Assembly (NCBI GenBank): GCA_951406725.2
Contig: OX597826.1
Span: forward strand, 19,406,001-19,470,000
Origin: Octopus vulgaris
Lineage: Eukaryota
Direction: 5' to 3'
DNA: 64,000 nucleotides
In this document: positions 1 to 13,099 of the stretch, one piece after another
Numbering within the stretch: the first letter of the stretch is position 1
Layout: each line of letters opens with the position of its first letter
Position numbers and translations under genes: made by a program
The notes under the pieces: generated by a model
The model's database searches: none
The model's input: the letters and a program-made list of their open reading frames with translations, nothing else
What the model was told of the DNA's origin: nothing

Positions 1-59
1 TTAAGTTCCTAATTCAACTGAATCTCAAGTGATTTCACAAAATGTGTGTTGCTTTTGCT

Positions 60-890
60 TTTGCTTTTTGAAGTGCAAGCGCTTTCAGTTCTTAACGTTT
101 TCAAGGCCCTATCCAATACTCTTCTTCTTTCCACCATGTGAACTTATTCTTCTCCCACTTTTTAAAAAGACTATTCCCCACCACCAACTCCTGCTCCATA
201 CACATTTCCAACAACCTCCTCCTTCCACTCTCATTCCGACCAGGAACTCCATAGTTTCCTGCTACACTTTCTACTTCCTCGTTTCCCACTCGCGCATTCA
301 AATCACCTTATAGCCACTTTTCCTACCCTATTCACATAGCCACTTTCCCCACTCTATCCCCACACTGTGTCAGTTTCCTCTGGAACCCTTCTACTTCTTC
401 TTCCCTCCTGTCACTTCCTGGACCATATACACTAAAAAACCACCCATACCTCTCCTTTGCACCTCATCTCTTCCCTCCACTCCACCACGTTCTTCTGCTC
501 ACCATCAATGCCACTCTCTCACGAGCCCTCTCCCTCCCACTCCCGACACACGTCCAGTCACATCACCAAATTGTTACTCTCCTTTACCTTTTATCTTAGT
601 TTCGCTTAGTGCCAGCACATCCATCCTTCTTATCATCAAACTCCATATCTCCCGCCTCTTTACCTCACTTGTACTACACCCACGCACATTCCATACCCTA
701 GTCCTTGGTGAGATTAGGTGTTAACCTTCTCCCACCCCTTGTCTTTTTCTTGTCTTTTTAGGCATATGAAATTACTAGGGGGAGCGGATTCCCAGTCTCT
801 TCGCCCCCCCCTTTAGTTGCCTCTTACGCCACGCAGGGAATACGGCGACTGTATTCTACTGCCCCCCCCCCCCCCAGTCGCAAGGGAGAT
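60..890 (-). mobile_element. 5' portion of an RTE-clade LINE (5'UTR plus degenerate AP-endonuclease)
   Basis: The minus strand translates to APE motifs VWNVRG, LALSETK, MNARVG, NESGRR.LLEMC and LVVGNSLFKK..KFTW, with frameshifts. Confidence 0.75.
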
Positions 891-1579
891 TTGCTAGTTA
901 ACCCATAGCTGGGACCCTTACAGGTGTTACCACTCCAGCCTAGAGCAGACCTGGGAACAATACTGGCTAAGAGCTGGTTCCACACTCTTCAAACCGGATG
1001 TAGTTTATAGTCATACCCAAAGCTATAACCAAGCGTTGAAACCGTGTTCAATTATGAAGTGAATTAGCCTATACTAAGAATTGAAACTGAACTCTCTCTT
1101 GCTCTACGGCAGTGCGTGACAACAGCAATAGCAGCAATAACATCAACAATAGTAGTAAGTAAAAAAGTGCTCAGCGCTGGAATGTAATTCAAGATGGATT
1201 AAAGACGGATTAAGAGTTAATCCTTGCTGCAGGTGGTGGGATATTTAGGTCAAAATTAACAGTGGGTTTTTACGGGAGATTTAGGTCAGTTATTTTCTTA
1301 CATCTTTGTTAATAGTGTTAACGTGTTGGTGCTAGTGGTGGCAAATGTAAGTATAATGGTTGTGGAGTTAGTGCGGAATGTTAGAAGTGCTAGTGATGGT
1401 AGTGCTGGGAACTCTCAAGGTAGTATTGGTGCCGTTGGTGGCGGAATCAGTAGCACGAAGGTGGTAGTACTAGTAGTAGTAGTAGTAGTAGTAGTAGTTG
1501 AAGAATGATATCGCCGTTCGCATTCGTTCTTATTGTTATATTTGTAGTTATTGAGGCACCAAAGACGGTTAGAAATATT

Positions 1580-1970
1580 CTTTTCTACTCAAGGCACAAG
1601 ACCCAAACGTTTTGGAGAGTGGGGCCAGTCGATTAGATCGATCCAATACGCAGCTGGTACTTAATTTATCGACTCCGAAAGAATGAAAGGCAAAGTCAAC
1701 CTCGGCGAAATTTGAACTCAGATAAACGAAATACCTATTTCTTTACTACCCACAAGGGGCCAAACACAGAGAGGACAAACAAGGACACATAAACGGATTA
1801 AGTCGATTACATCGACCCCAGCGCGTGATGGTACTTAATTTATCGACCCCGAAAGGATGAAAGGCAAAGTCAACCTCGGCGGAATTTGAACTCAGAACGT
1901 AACGGCAGACGAAATACGGCTACGCATTTCGCTCGGCGTGCTAACGTTTCTGCCAGCTCGCCGCCTTGAT
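1580..1970 (-). mobile_element. tRNA-derived SINE (octopus OK-like) with an internal duplication and a 13-bp TSD
   Basis: The minus-strand head reads GGCGGCGAGCTGGCAGAAACG...GAGTTCAAATTCC. A ~90 bp core occurs twice (~1628-1722 and ~1803-1896). GGTTAGAAATATT flanks both sides (1567-1579, 1971-1983). Confidence 0.85.
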
Positions 1971-2229
1971 GGTTAGAAATATTAACATTGGCGTTGTCAC
2001 ATTGTTATCGGAATCATCCTTCTTTCTGTCGTTAATATTGTAGTGGTGGTGGTGGTGATACTGTGATTCTTGTAGGTAGTGGGTTTTTAAAAAAATTTTT
2101 ATACTCTCAATATTATTGCTATTGTTATTGTACCTATATGGTGTTATTATAACCATCATGCTCAATGAACATCTTAACGATCATTAAAATTATTTGACCA
2201 GGATGCAAAGTCACTTCCTTAACGCCCTC

Positions 2230-3780
2230 AGTTCGCTACATTTGAATATAATAGCCACCAGCAAAACTAATATTCTTCTAAATGTTGTCTTCCGGCAACC
2301 ACGCGATGAGCGCACCTTTTAATTCGAGTAGGGTGCATAAACATAGTTTCTTGAAACTGAGAGCTTCGTTCCCAGTGTGAAAAACCTATTGAAAACTGAT
2401 AAGTTATATCAAAAGAGTGGAGATAGAAAACAATAAATTAGAGTGGGAGCTAGACAAAGAAGCGATTTAATAAAACATTTCGCTTGACGTCTTAGCGTTA
2501 ATAATGGCATCTCGATGCGAAACCCGGAGGCTGCTTGTTAGAATTAGTTCTAGCAAGAGCGTACATTTACAACGTTTGAAAGAATGGCGTTCAACAGTTT
2601 TGTTTAGTAGAGACAGGATGTGTGCTGTTCCATTTCAAGCATGTGTGCATTCTCTAACAGAACTTTGTCCAACTGTTTGCGGGTAGCAGTGCCTATCTCG
2701 ACGTCCTGTCAAAATCCTTACTGTGTGGGATCTTCTGAAGGAGCTTCTATAATAACCTCTGGTACAAGAACACATGGAAGGAATGATATGTGGTAGATAG
2801 AAACTATTTAGAAGCCTTTCGGAAAGACCGTTCCTGTTCTTGTGTTGTAGCGCTAATTGGTCACCTGTTATATAGTCACCACTAGCTCTTGGATAACTGT
2901 TGCGGGGCACACACTTCGTTGCAAGTATTTGGACCAGGAATCTGGTCTGAGAAAAAATTCTTTCACCAGTCTAAGAGGCCTTTGAATGTGTCTTGGGTGA
3001 TACCATTCTTTCTCTGTCTAACCCATAGTAAAGAAAAAAGAAACCCTCATACAAAAGAATTTATGAAGATGAGATCTATCAGTAGAGCGCACAGTTTGAG
3101 GTCGATAAATGTTAACACCTGTCAACTTTTTTTAACTAGAGCAAACGGAAGATTTTGCGCTTAGTGATTGAGTGTACGTGACGATGAGCAGATGAAAAGG
3201 AAGTTTGGAAAGTGTGCAATGTTCAATCGAAAGGAAAATGAAGTTAAAATGGTGATTTTATCAATAGATACAAAGATTCTATAAAGTTATTGGAAGTGGA
3301 ATTCCTAAGAAAAATTGTAATTTGAAAGCAAGGTTATACGAAGGGATGGAAACAACTTTCCTGGAGACGATTTTGCAAATTTTGTGACAGTGGGACAGTG
3401 ATACTTCGTGTTGCGAGCTCTGCTTGTCAGGTGTATAGCTGCAGCACACCTGTGACTGATCTATTTGTTGTTTTGGAAACTACTTTGTCCTACTTGTTTG
3501 AGATATATGAAAGGACATACCTAGAAGGAACATATCAACCATGTTCTTCTAAATCTATAAGGAGAAAGAACACATTCATTACCAAAATTGGAACTAGCGG
3601 AACTCTGGGCGGACCTGAATTAAAACAGGATTGACTGAACCGGAATGGTGCGTGATAGGGTGAAACCTGGATTAGTCCGAGATAAAGTTCGCTCTCTCGA
3701 GAAGTATCATCACCCGAATTAATGTTGAGTTTGCAGGAGAGAAATGTCCTTAATATTTAGAATTGGTGTGTTACTCATGG
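2230..3780 (-). mobile_element. highly degenerate APE-type LINE ORF2 N-terminus (clade uncertain)
   Basis: Minus-strand pieces resemble APE motifs in the expected order (LLQ.NIN, LIQ, FIDL, FSD), with many frameshifts and stops. Confidence 0.35.
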
Positions 3781-4130
3781 ACACGAATAGGTGAAAAAAT
3801 TCACTAGATGGGGATGTTAGTTGGTGTTGATTGTTAGTGGTTATTTTTATATATTTTTTTCGCGTTGTTGTGTTGTTTTGATAGTTCTACTTCTGTTGTC
3901 ACAATATTCTTCGTTTTACTATTAACGGTGTCCATAGTGAATCCGTGTTAGTATCATATTCCCCTAGACAAATCAATGCACAACGCTCTATAGTATTATT
4001 TATTGACGGTAAACCACAGCATTATAAGTGAGAATCGAGCTCATTGACCCGTGAAGCCCTTCCCTCGGGCAATTGCCCTGTATGCATTAAGACGATCCTA
4101 GTGCGCTAACGTTGTTCAAAGACTGCAAAC

Positions 4131-4300
4131 CAGCAGAAATGTTAGAATCTCAGGGAAAATGCCATCTTGTATTTCAGCGCTGGTAATTTTTCGAGTGCTT
4201 TAAGTTCTACCTCCGAGGTCAACTTTAGGGTTAATGAAATAAAGTACAAACTTATCCCCAACAAAATTGCTGGCTTTGTTCCTAAACTAGCAACAATTGT
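4131..4300 (+). mobile_element. degenerate OK-like SINE
   Basis: GCAGAAATGTTAG...CCGAGGTCAACTTT...ATTGCTGGCTTTGTTCCTAAA aligns by eye with the copy at 27537-27733. Confidence 0.55.
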
Positions 4301-4759
4301 TTTTATTATTGTTGTTATTCTTGATGCTGTAGTTGTGTTAACACTGTTACTATTGGCTTGCTAGTATTATTTCTGCTATTGTTGATGTTTAGTATGCCAA
4401 CCGCTTCTCGTGTCAATATTGTTGCTACTGCTTTTGTTATTGTTGTCGATGTTTCTGTTGCGGTTTTTATTGTTGCTATTACCACAGCTGTTGTTTCTGT
4501 TGTTGGTGCCGTTAAACCCTGCAGATTAACTCAGATTAAACTCAGCATCTGCTCTGGATATGTTTTTTCCTATTGTTGTTATCGTTGTTACTGTTGTCTT
4601 TGTTCATAGTTTACTGTGTTTGTATGTATGTGTGTGAGTGAATGCATGCGTTCGTGTGTGCGAGCGTACGCTTGTGCGTGCGTGAAAGTGTAATTATATT
4701 GTTTCCAATGTTGTAGCGTTACTGTGTTTCTGTTGCTAAATTTTCCCTGCTTATATGCA

Positions 4760-6010
4760 GACCATTAAAAAGTGTAAAGCGGATAAGTTCACATCAACAG
4801 CATCTTATGCGAAATTACTTTAAATCGTAAGAAGAAATTAACAACTCTGAAGCAGGAACTCGTTGACAAACAATAAAAAAAATCCCTTATCAAAACGAAA
4901 ACAAACAAAAGATACGAGCCAGTATTAACGACCAGCTGTATACAAAAGGAGGGAAGATTATATGTAATTTTGATATAAGATCTGGAATGAAAGGAAATAT
5001 TTTAATCAGAATGCAACATGGTTAGATACAATCAAGCAAGAATACTGTACCAATATCAACTGTAAAAGATGTGTGAGCAACACAGAAACCTTCGCCAAAT
5101 CTGTTGGAAAAGCAGCTTCAAAAAGCACCAGAAAGGTACCTTTCCAAAGTTGGCTACTGGTACCAGTTGTTGACTTTCTACAGAAAGTTATTGCTATATT
5201 GACATTCCAAAGAACTATTGAAGGTCAAGCTAACATACCAGACTGGTTTAACATAGACGAACAAATCTTGTAACCAAAAATGAAATCACCGACTTTGCAA
5301 AAAAACTATTACCTACAAATTGTACACAAGAATTGTATGCGATTTCTCCATAAAGAGAGATTATACAAAGAGATCAGATACGATTGTAGAGGAGAAAAAA
5401 GTGTAAAATCACAGACTTTGCAATCTCTATATATAAAGCTGAACTTGTCTGTGTGTGGCAGGTTTGGTAGGCTTCAACTAACACTATCTCCTCCGAGACC
5501 CTGCGGAATGAAGGCTTGCTCTTCATTCAGTAGAAGCAAAAATTCAAATCGGACCATGTTAAGATCAAAAATTATTTACATCAAAAAGGAGCTTTTTTTC
5601 TATGAAAATCCCTTCTTTTTGTTCTTACAATTTTTTAACTGCTGTATCGTCATTCTTCGGTGTATTTCAACCAGAAAAATGTTCACTTAAAGAGTTACAT
5701 AATGCAAAATTTTTACTTTTCAAAAATTCCAATTCTAAAGGGTCGAAAAGAAAACAAACCCGAGCAACGCCGGGCAATACTGCTAGTATTATATAATAGT
5801 AGGGTGGATATAAAAGAAACATTAGGACCCAGTTAGATAATAAAGAGCTTGTGGAAGGCAACTGTTCCTGTGGTAATTGGTGCATTTGGCACAACACCCT
5901 AACTGCTTCCTAAGAGGCTAAATTAAGACATAAATTGTTGACCTGCAGGAAAGTACAATTGTGCATCCTCCAAGAATCCTAAGAAAGATTTCTTGACATC
6001 TGAGAAATCT
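4760..6010 (+). mobile_element. degenerate R4/Dong-like RLE non-LTR retrotransposon pieces, interrupted by a Helitron
   Basis: Pre-RT remnants (IW...NQNATW, IPDWF) lie at 4970-5340. C-terminal VPVVIGAFGT and LQESTIVHPPRILRK lie at 5860-5990. Confidence 0.5.
5424..5786 (+). mobile_element. non-autonomous Helitron
   Basis: It starts A|TCTCTATATATAAAG and ends with hairpin CCCGAGCAACGCCGGG followed by CTGCTAG|T. There is no TSD. The 3' end is nearly the same as the RepHel Helitron end at 31931-31958. Confidence 0.75.
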
Positions 6011-6195
6011 TATTACCAACAAACTTCAAAATAACATCCCTACTAATTAAATCAGCACGAAATAATTTATGAGAAACAACATTGACGACGATGACGATGC
6101 ATCCGTTTCCCAGTGCCTTTGACATCTATTTCGGTAAAGCTGAATACGAATATGAATACAACAAAAGTAACATACGCGCACATACATGCTCGTAC

Positions 6196-6327
6196 CTTGT
6201 CGAAAGAAGAAAGAGTTTCGAATGGTAGTAAGATTCCGTCGTTCTTTATGCGACACCTTAGGAAGTAGTTAGGATGTTGTGCGAAACAATATTTTAAAAG
6301 CAATCTGAAGTCCGAGGATGGACTCAT
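6196..6327 (-). CDS. candidate first coding segment of an unidentified spliced host gene
   Basis: An ATG at 6327 opens 44 codons (MSPSSDFRLLLKYCFAQHPNYFLRCRIKNDGILLPFETLSSFDK) ending at donor AAG|GTACGA. It lies in a putative exon whose acceptor is ttttgtgcag|G at 6522/6521. The context is non-repetitive. Confidence 0.3.
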
Positions 6328-6745
6328 CTCCTATGAAGCCAAACCTCCCGATATGAAAGTGGCATGAACAGCACAAAAAACGTCCGAATTGATTGTAGAA
6401 GCGAGAGCTTCTATCTTGACGGCTGTTGAATCTATTGACAACATTTTGATAAAGAGTAATGTATCGTGTTCTGAGAAAGTGTTTCCCAAGTGATGTAGAA
6501 TGTTTTAAAAATTTACTCGACCTGCACAAAAGTCTTGAGAAAGGATTATTTCAAGAGTAGACTAAACGACCAATTAATTCCCTTTTATTTTCTGCTTATT
6601 TCTCTCCCAGATATGCAACTCGGAACATAGGCAATATAAACGTTCATGATCTGGAGTTATCGTGGGAAATGGACACATACTCAACATGTTATTATATCGA
6701 GATGTAATAGACATTAGAAAGATCAGAATTTCCGAAAGTACTCAC

Positions 6746-7045
6746 GCGTCCAACTTCTGGACAACTGCGAGTTTCATGCTATCCTCACTCGGCTCGGATC
6801 GGGTTTTGCGGCAGTGCTCTTTTCGTATGGGCATGTACTGTTTTCCTAGATCGGTCGGCAGGTCGGTGATCTTAGATTTTAGCCACCATCAAGACTACGG
6901 TAGAGCCTTCGGACTAGTGGTTGCTTACAGCTGGATTTCTTTAGATATCTAAAGCGATCCTTGGAACATCTTGCTCATTAGTGTTACTGGTTGATTAGAT
7001 TAAGATCTTTGACGCACATATAGATTCGGCGGGGCAGCTTATAAG
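6746..7045 (-). promoter_or_regulatory. candidate promoter and first exon
   Basis: This is a CpG-rich unique stretch with a TTATAAG/GC-box cluster at 7028-7045 and a consensus-like donor GC|GTGAGT at 6746/6745. The orientation of the TATA is ambiguous. Confidence 0.3.
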
Positions 7046-7194
7046 AGAGGTGGAAGAACAAAACCCTTACAAACCTTCTTATGTACTTCCAACTGTCACA
7101 GAGATATGTTTCAATTTTCCTAATGTGCCGATGTAAACTTCGTCAAATCCAGGTCGCACTTAGAATTATCGTCAAGCCAGCAGAAATAACCTCA

Positions 7195-7265
7195 CTCTTT
7201 CTCTCTCCCTCTCTCTCTTTCTCTCTTCTCTATCTATCTATCTATCTATTTTTATCTTTCTCATG

Positions 7266-7342
<77 letters not shown>

Positions 7343-7370
7343 ACACACACACACGCACACACACACACAT
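7195..7370. repeat. (CT)n/(TATC)n/(CA)n compound microsatellite
   Basis: Read directly from the sequence. Confidence 0.95.
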
Positions 7371-7960
7371 ATTTATGTATTCTGCTTGAGAAATATAGCA
7401 TGAGTAAAGGCGACTTTAACGAATATGAATGTTGCACAAGGCGTACTGCACACCGAACTACTGTGCTTCATGGTTACTGTTTAAACCAAAGTTTCACATA
7501 ATTTGGATGCAAAGTCTCTGTAGCTATATGTATGCAGTGAACATGGTGAGACGCGGGTTTTGTGAAGACTTGTATTAGACAATGAAATTTGATGGGCAAA
7601 TGTTAAACTTTTTGATGAATTTCTGAATCATTCGGTTCAATTTATCTGTTATTTATATTCTTGAATGTTCGAGTTAATGTCTTCAGGCATATATACTACG
7701 CAACATTACGATCAGTACAACGATTACCACCTCCACCACGAACAACAACAGAAACATTAACATCACCCGAAAAATCATCGCCGACACCAACTAGTTTTGT
7801 TGTAGCTGACATTTTTACTATTGAAGAATGTTGTGTTAGAACTATATTTACAACACAATAGACATATTCTTGTAGCATACTGACATTGGGATTATAAGGA
7901 CATAACACTACAGTCATCCTTTGTATTATACGTCTCAACACACACTCACGCACAAACACT

Positions 7961-8071
7961 ATCTATCTAACTATCTATCTATCTATCTATCTATCTAATT
8001 ATCTATCTATTTATTTATCTACACACACATACATATATATCTATTTATTTATCTACACACACATACATATA

Positions 8072-8130
<59 letters not shown>

Positions 8131-8210
8131 ATATATTACATCCACACACATACACACATATTTAGAGAGAGAGAGTATAAAAGAGATGAATTATCCTGGT
8201 GGATAATCAA

Positions 8211-8258
<48 letters not shown>

Positions 8259-8260
8259 AG
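7961..8260. repeat. (TATC)n, (TA)n and (TG)n microsatellites
   Basis: Read directly from the sequence. Confidence 0.95.
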
Positions 8261-8309
8261 GAATACATCAACTTACATATGTTTATATATTTAACTGGAT
8301 CTCGCAGCA

Positions 8310-8465
8310 GGAATAAAGCTATAAACAATTGTCTGTAAATATTTGCTTGAAAAATCTTTGTAGATAGAAAATTCTGAAGGTTGCTCAATGGAACTCGAAC
8401 CCATAACTCCAGTAGATATGATAGGTGTTCTACCATTGAACAAAACCAACCTTTCGAATTTCGCT
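8310..8465 (-). mobile_element. degenerate tRNA-derived repeat (second copy at 51665-51825)
   Basis: The minus strand GGTTGGTTTTGTTCAATGGTAGAAC...GGGTTCGAGTTCC has A-box and B-box-like motifs and aligns with 51665-51825. Confidence 0.55.
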
Positions 8466-8802
8466 AATCCATTTCAGAAACTTTATTTCTCCCAGCAGGA
8501 ATTGTATGTTGTTGACGTCATAAAAATTTATAAACTTTCAAGTGAATCTGAAATAATTCGATTTTTCCTATCCAAAAGGGATTTTCAACACAATATTTAC
8601 ATGCTGTTACTTATAGCTTTGTGTGTGCTTCGAGATCCTTTTTCAGTTCAACAATGATGTTTAATAGAGTCTGGAACAAGACGTCGCATTGAGCAACTGT
8701 ATGCTCAACAAATAAGGAAGGTATGTTGTTCTATCTTACATTTTTGTTTTAATTTTGATATCAGGTTCTCTTTGATAAATCCATAATTAACTATAACGAC
8801 CA

Positions 8803-11772
8803 TCTATATTAATAAAATTGATTTGGTAAGAATGATGTATGAGTTTATCAGTACATGTTAGTCTGCTATAGTCAATACACCTTTTTCCACCCTCAACTAG
8901 ACCTACAGAGATTTTAGCGTTCCAATAAACTTTCACGACAGGTAAACTTTTTAATTGGTCATGTTACCATGGCGATTGCATTAAAGGCTGAGAAGGAAGG
9001 GAAAGTGCATGCGTGGGTATGTAAATGCGTGTATGTGCGTGTATGTGTGTGTGTGTGTGTGTATCTATTATGCATTTATGCATGTTTGTATATATATGTG
9101 TGTGTGTATGTATATATATATATATATATATGTGTTATCCTTTCTCTCTCCCATACACTCACACGCGTGCGCATACAGCACACACACATAGTCACACACA
9201 CACACACACATATAGGTGTTTGACATACACCGTTTAAAAGCGAGATTAACCGGAAATTACGGGAAATAACCGAAGTATTATTTTACGAATTGTGAGCAGC
9301 CGGTAGCTGCATGTACATCACTATATATTTAATGCGTATATGTATGCGTGATTTATGTGGTCGGATTGAGCTGAAAATATGCACACCTATGTTAAAAGTG
9401 CTGGCGAGTTTGCATGGCAACTATTTTTTTCCTCAAAAGAAAGGCGTGACCTCTAGGACAAAATTCCTCTTCTTTTAAAATGTGGCTCGAGTAGACCCGA
9501 ATGAAATCGGGTTATATTAACCAAACAAGTAAAACAGTGAAAAACTATGCCATTTTAACCCCAAGCAAGGCGGGGTATCTCTGTAAGTCTACTACATATT
9601 TGTGAAAAGGGCAGACGTTGTCTCACAAGCAGTTATACAGGCAAAATTGTTAGTAAATATGGTCGGATTGAGCTGAAAATTTGCACACCTGTGTTAAAAG
9701 TCCTGGCGAAATTGAAAGGTGTAGCCTCTAGGGCAAAATTCCTCGCGTAGACCCGATGAAATCGGGTTATAAAACCGAAACAAATAAAACAATGATAAAC
9801 TATTTTAATCCCGAGCAAGACCGGGTTTCTCTGCTATCTATATATATAAAAGGAGCTTGGGGTCAAAATTGTATGCACATTTTGCTACGTCTGAGGTTGG
9901 CAGCGAGACCAGTGGTCAGATCGAGCTAAAAATTGACACCGGCATAGAAGGCGTGATGAGGCAGAGAGTTGAGTAGTTTAAAACTCGCCATCTGGAAAGA
10001 TGCGGTTGCTATTGTGAGAAGAGTGATTTTTTATCGATTCAAGGGGGTTCTAAGCCCCTCCAGATTGGCACGATTGGCATCTAATCTAATCTATAAAATG
10101 AAGAAGGCGAACGTTGATACAAATTGGATTTTTATGTAAAAAGGGGTCTAAACGGGACAGGAGGAGGATTAAAATATATAGGAGGAGGTAAATTGAGGTG
10201 AGAAATTGATTGGGAGACGTTTTGGGGCGCTACAGTGGTTGCTTTGCTGTAAAACGGGGATTTTATTGATTTTGGGGGACACTTAGGGGTCTAGATTGGA
10301 TACCTTTTGCCCAATTTCAATAAAATTTTCAACATGGTAAAGTGGAAGGGGATTTGTAATTCAAGCGTGGAAAATGGGTTCGAAATTTTGAAAATTAAGG
10401 CAAGATTTTTAAGTTGAGAAAAATTTCTTATTTTAACGTATTTTTGCCTTTTATTTTTTATTGTTTACAGCTTTCATTTTTTCTGAAAGAAATTTACAGC
10501 TGCATGTAGCCCGTGTTTAGAGCTTTCCTTTGCATGGTCAATCGTCGAAAAATTCCCAGAATAAGTACTAAATTAAACAATGAAATCCTTTTTTCCTTAT
10601 TTTTAATCGCTCAAATAGTATCACGTACAAAAGGCAAGTGTGCTTTCCGTTGTCACTGCCTGATATTTATGATTGATCTTTCAAAATATTTTCTTTATCA
10701 ACTTACTCAAGATCTTTTGTTTTTTATAAATGGGAGAGAGATAGAGAGTAAGAGAAAGCGAGGGAGAGTCCGAGAAAAAGGAAGAGTAAGAGAGTGGGAA
10801 AGTGTTTAGGAATTCTCTGTTACATCAAGCTAAAAAAATTGTGCCAGTCTTTAAATCGTCAATGGCAAGCTTACCTTCATCTATTCTGAGTTACTCTTCT
10901 ATTTGTTGATACCTTTGTTGGCATATTTTCACTGCGAATTGCTAAAGATTCAAAGCAGTGTTCGTGAACCGAAATCAAACTCTTCATGTCTTCATTTTTC
11001 GTTACCTGAAGTCAATTCCAGAGTGGTCGTACACTGTAAGCACATAGCAAATACATTCTTTTATCTCTACTTTCTCAGATAGGTATTATATTAACATTTT
11101 TGAACGTACCAATCATACTTCTATCCGAAAAAATAGCTTCCTTTGCTGTTGAATATAATAAAGTTGTAGAGGGGAAGTGTCAACGTCTTCCTTCAATTTC
11201 CTTACACCATTTATGTGGCTGTTTCTAACAAGAAATTTCGCTTTCATGTAAACCAACTATCTTTTGTAGTCATTATCCGTGATCTACTCCCAAAACACTT
11301 CAGTAGCTCAACTTTGCATCGCTGGCAAACTTATATTGTGGAAGTCGTTCCACTTTAATGATCATAGGATCATTAAAGTGCAACGATCTCCACAGTAACA
11401 TGCCTACAATTTGGTTTTCTGTTCCTAGTTTAATTGGAAACATAGATTGCCGTGCTACTCATAAACCTTCTCGGTAGTTCAATTATTTGGTGGAAAAAAT
11501 ACCACCAAAGCAACTTAAATCGTCCAAAGGACGGGTGCGTTTGCTAGGACATATATGTGCGCGTGTGTGTATATGTATGTGTGTACATATATCTATTATA
11601 CATTTATGTACGTTTGTATATGTGTGCGCGTTTATACATGTATATGTATATATATTTCTATATACACGTGCATATACATCCATATATACATATGTGTGCT
11701 TCCCTTTCTCTTTTACATACACTCACAGGCATGCATACATAGCACAAACTCATAGGCACACACATACGCGCA

Positions 11773-11830
<58 letters not shown>

Positions 11831-11920
11831 CACATGTATTTGACAAGCATCGTTTAAAAGCAAGATTAACCAGAAATAAACGAAATATTATTTTGCGAAT
11901 TGTGAGCAGACGATAGCTTT
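8803..11920 (+). mobile_element. cluster of head-to-tail non-autonomous Helitron-like modules
   Basis: TCTATAT-like starts occur at ~8803 and ~9837. Helitron-type 3' hairpins occur at ~9560-9590 and ~9809-9837. The motif GGTCGGATTGAGCTGAAAAT recurs at ~9359, 9661 and ~9914. The stretch 9215-9310 is similar to 11836-11920. Confidence 0.5.
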
Positions 11921-12825
11921 TGAAAGCAACACCAATGTTTTAGAATCATCTCACTTTTGTTTGATAACTATTAATCTCCCAAATAACACGTCTAAAGTCA
12001 ACATTAAGGTGAAGTACATTTCTAAATTCTTTGTTAGACCCTCTAGTGGTCACATTGTCAGTGAAGAATTCATCTGACGTTTAAGCTGGAAGTGCTAGAA
12101 ATAGCAACCAAATCTTTCCTGTGAGCAGACAATAGATTCATTTAACAATAGTGTCACTTCAGAAAATCACGTTATCAATAACGATAGTAACTTAAATGAT
12201 ATATATAAGGATTGTCATGGAAGGAAACGATACAAATTCATTGAACAGTAGTGTCGTTTTAGAAAATTACGTAATCAATATTAATACAGCTCATAATAAT
12301 GATAACCCTTTCATCATTACCGACCAAAACTTAAATAACGCAACTAATGATTTAAACAACAATAATGTAAATGCAATAAATAATGATACAGGGAAAAATT
12401 TAAATGCTTCAGCAAGAAAACGCCAAAAACAGAAATGAAATGAGTGAAGAAGAGAGAGAAATTCAGAGAACAAGAAATCGAGAGTATCCAAGACGAAGAC
12501 GGGAAAGACTCTCAATTCAAAGAAGGAATGAAATTAGAGAAGAAAACTGTTAATAATGTAGACACGGTTGATACTCATACTCTATAATCATACTGTGTAA
12601 ACAGTTTTACCCTACTGTGTTAATAATGTAGATTTAGTTAATCCACACACTGCGTAAATAGTCACTCTAGTATGTAATAAGTTTGATGGCAAGTATTAGT
12701 ATAAGTGTGACAATTACGTTTAATATTTTCAGTAGATCAAAGAAAATGTTTCCAAGCCTGTTGTACCACAAGACTAATTTTCAAGTATTTTATTATATAA
12801 TTGTTTATCATCATTTTATTCCTGC

Positions 12826-13070
12826 ATGCATGCATACATACATACATACATATATGCATACATATACACATACATACATACATACATATATACATACATA
12901 TACACATGCATACATACATACATATATACATACATATACACATGCATACATACATTCATACATACATACATGCATACATACATACATATAAATACATATA
13001 TAAATACATACATACATACATACATACATACATACATACATACATACATACATACATACATACATACATA
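12826..13070. repeat. (CATA)n microsatellite
   Basis: Read directly from the sequence. Confidence 0.95.
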
Positions 13071-13099
13071 CTTGTATACAAACAAAATACCGAGCCAAT

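Noticed and set aside
6269-6327. Antizyme-like +1 frameshift (ORF ends TCC TAA with an open +1 frame)
   Set aside because: The antizyme site is typically UCC UGA in a W-C-S context, and neither frame resembles antizyme. It is probably chance.
6580-6952. Plus-strand exon after the pyrimidine tract/CAG at 6610 and ORF 6662-6952
   Set aside because: There is no convincing donor or recognisable protein. The minus-strand model has more consistent splice signals, though neither is proven.
12196-12438. Asn-rich 80-aa ORF as a gene
   Set aside because: It is low-complexity AAT-derived sequence with no domain or splice support.
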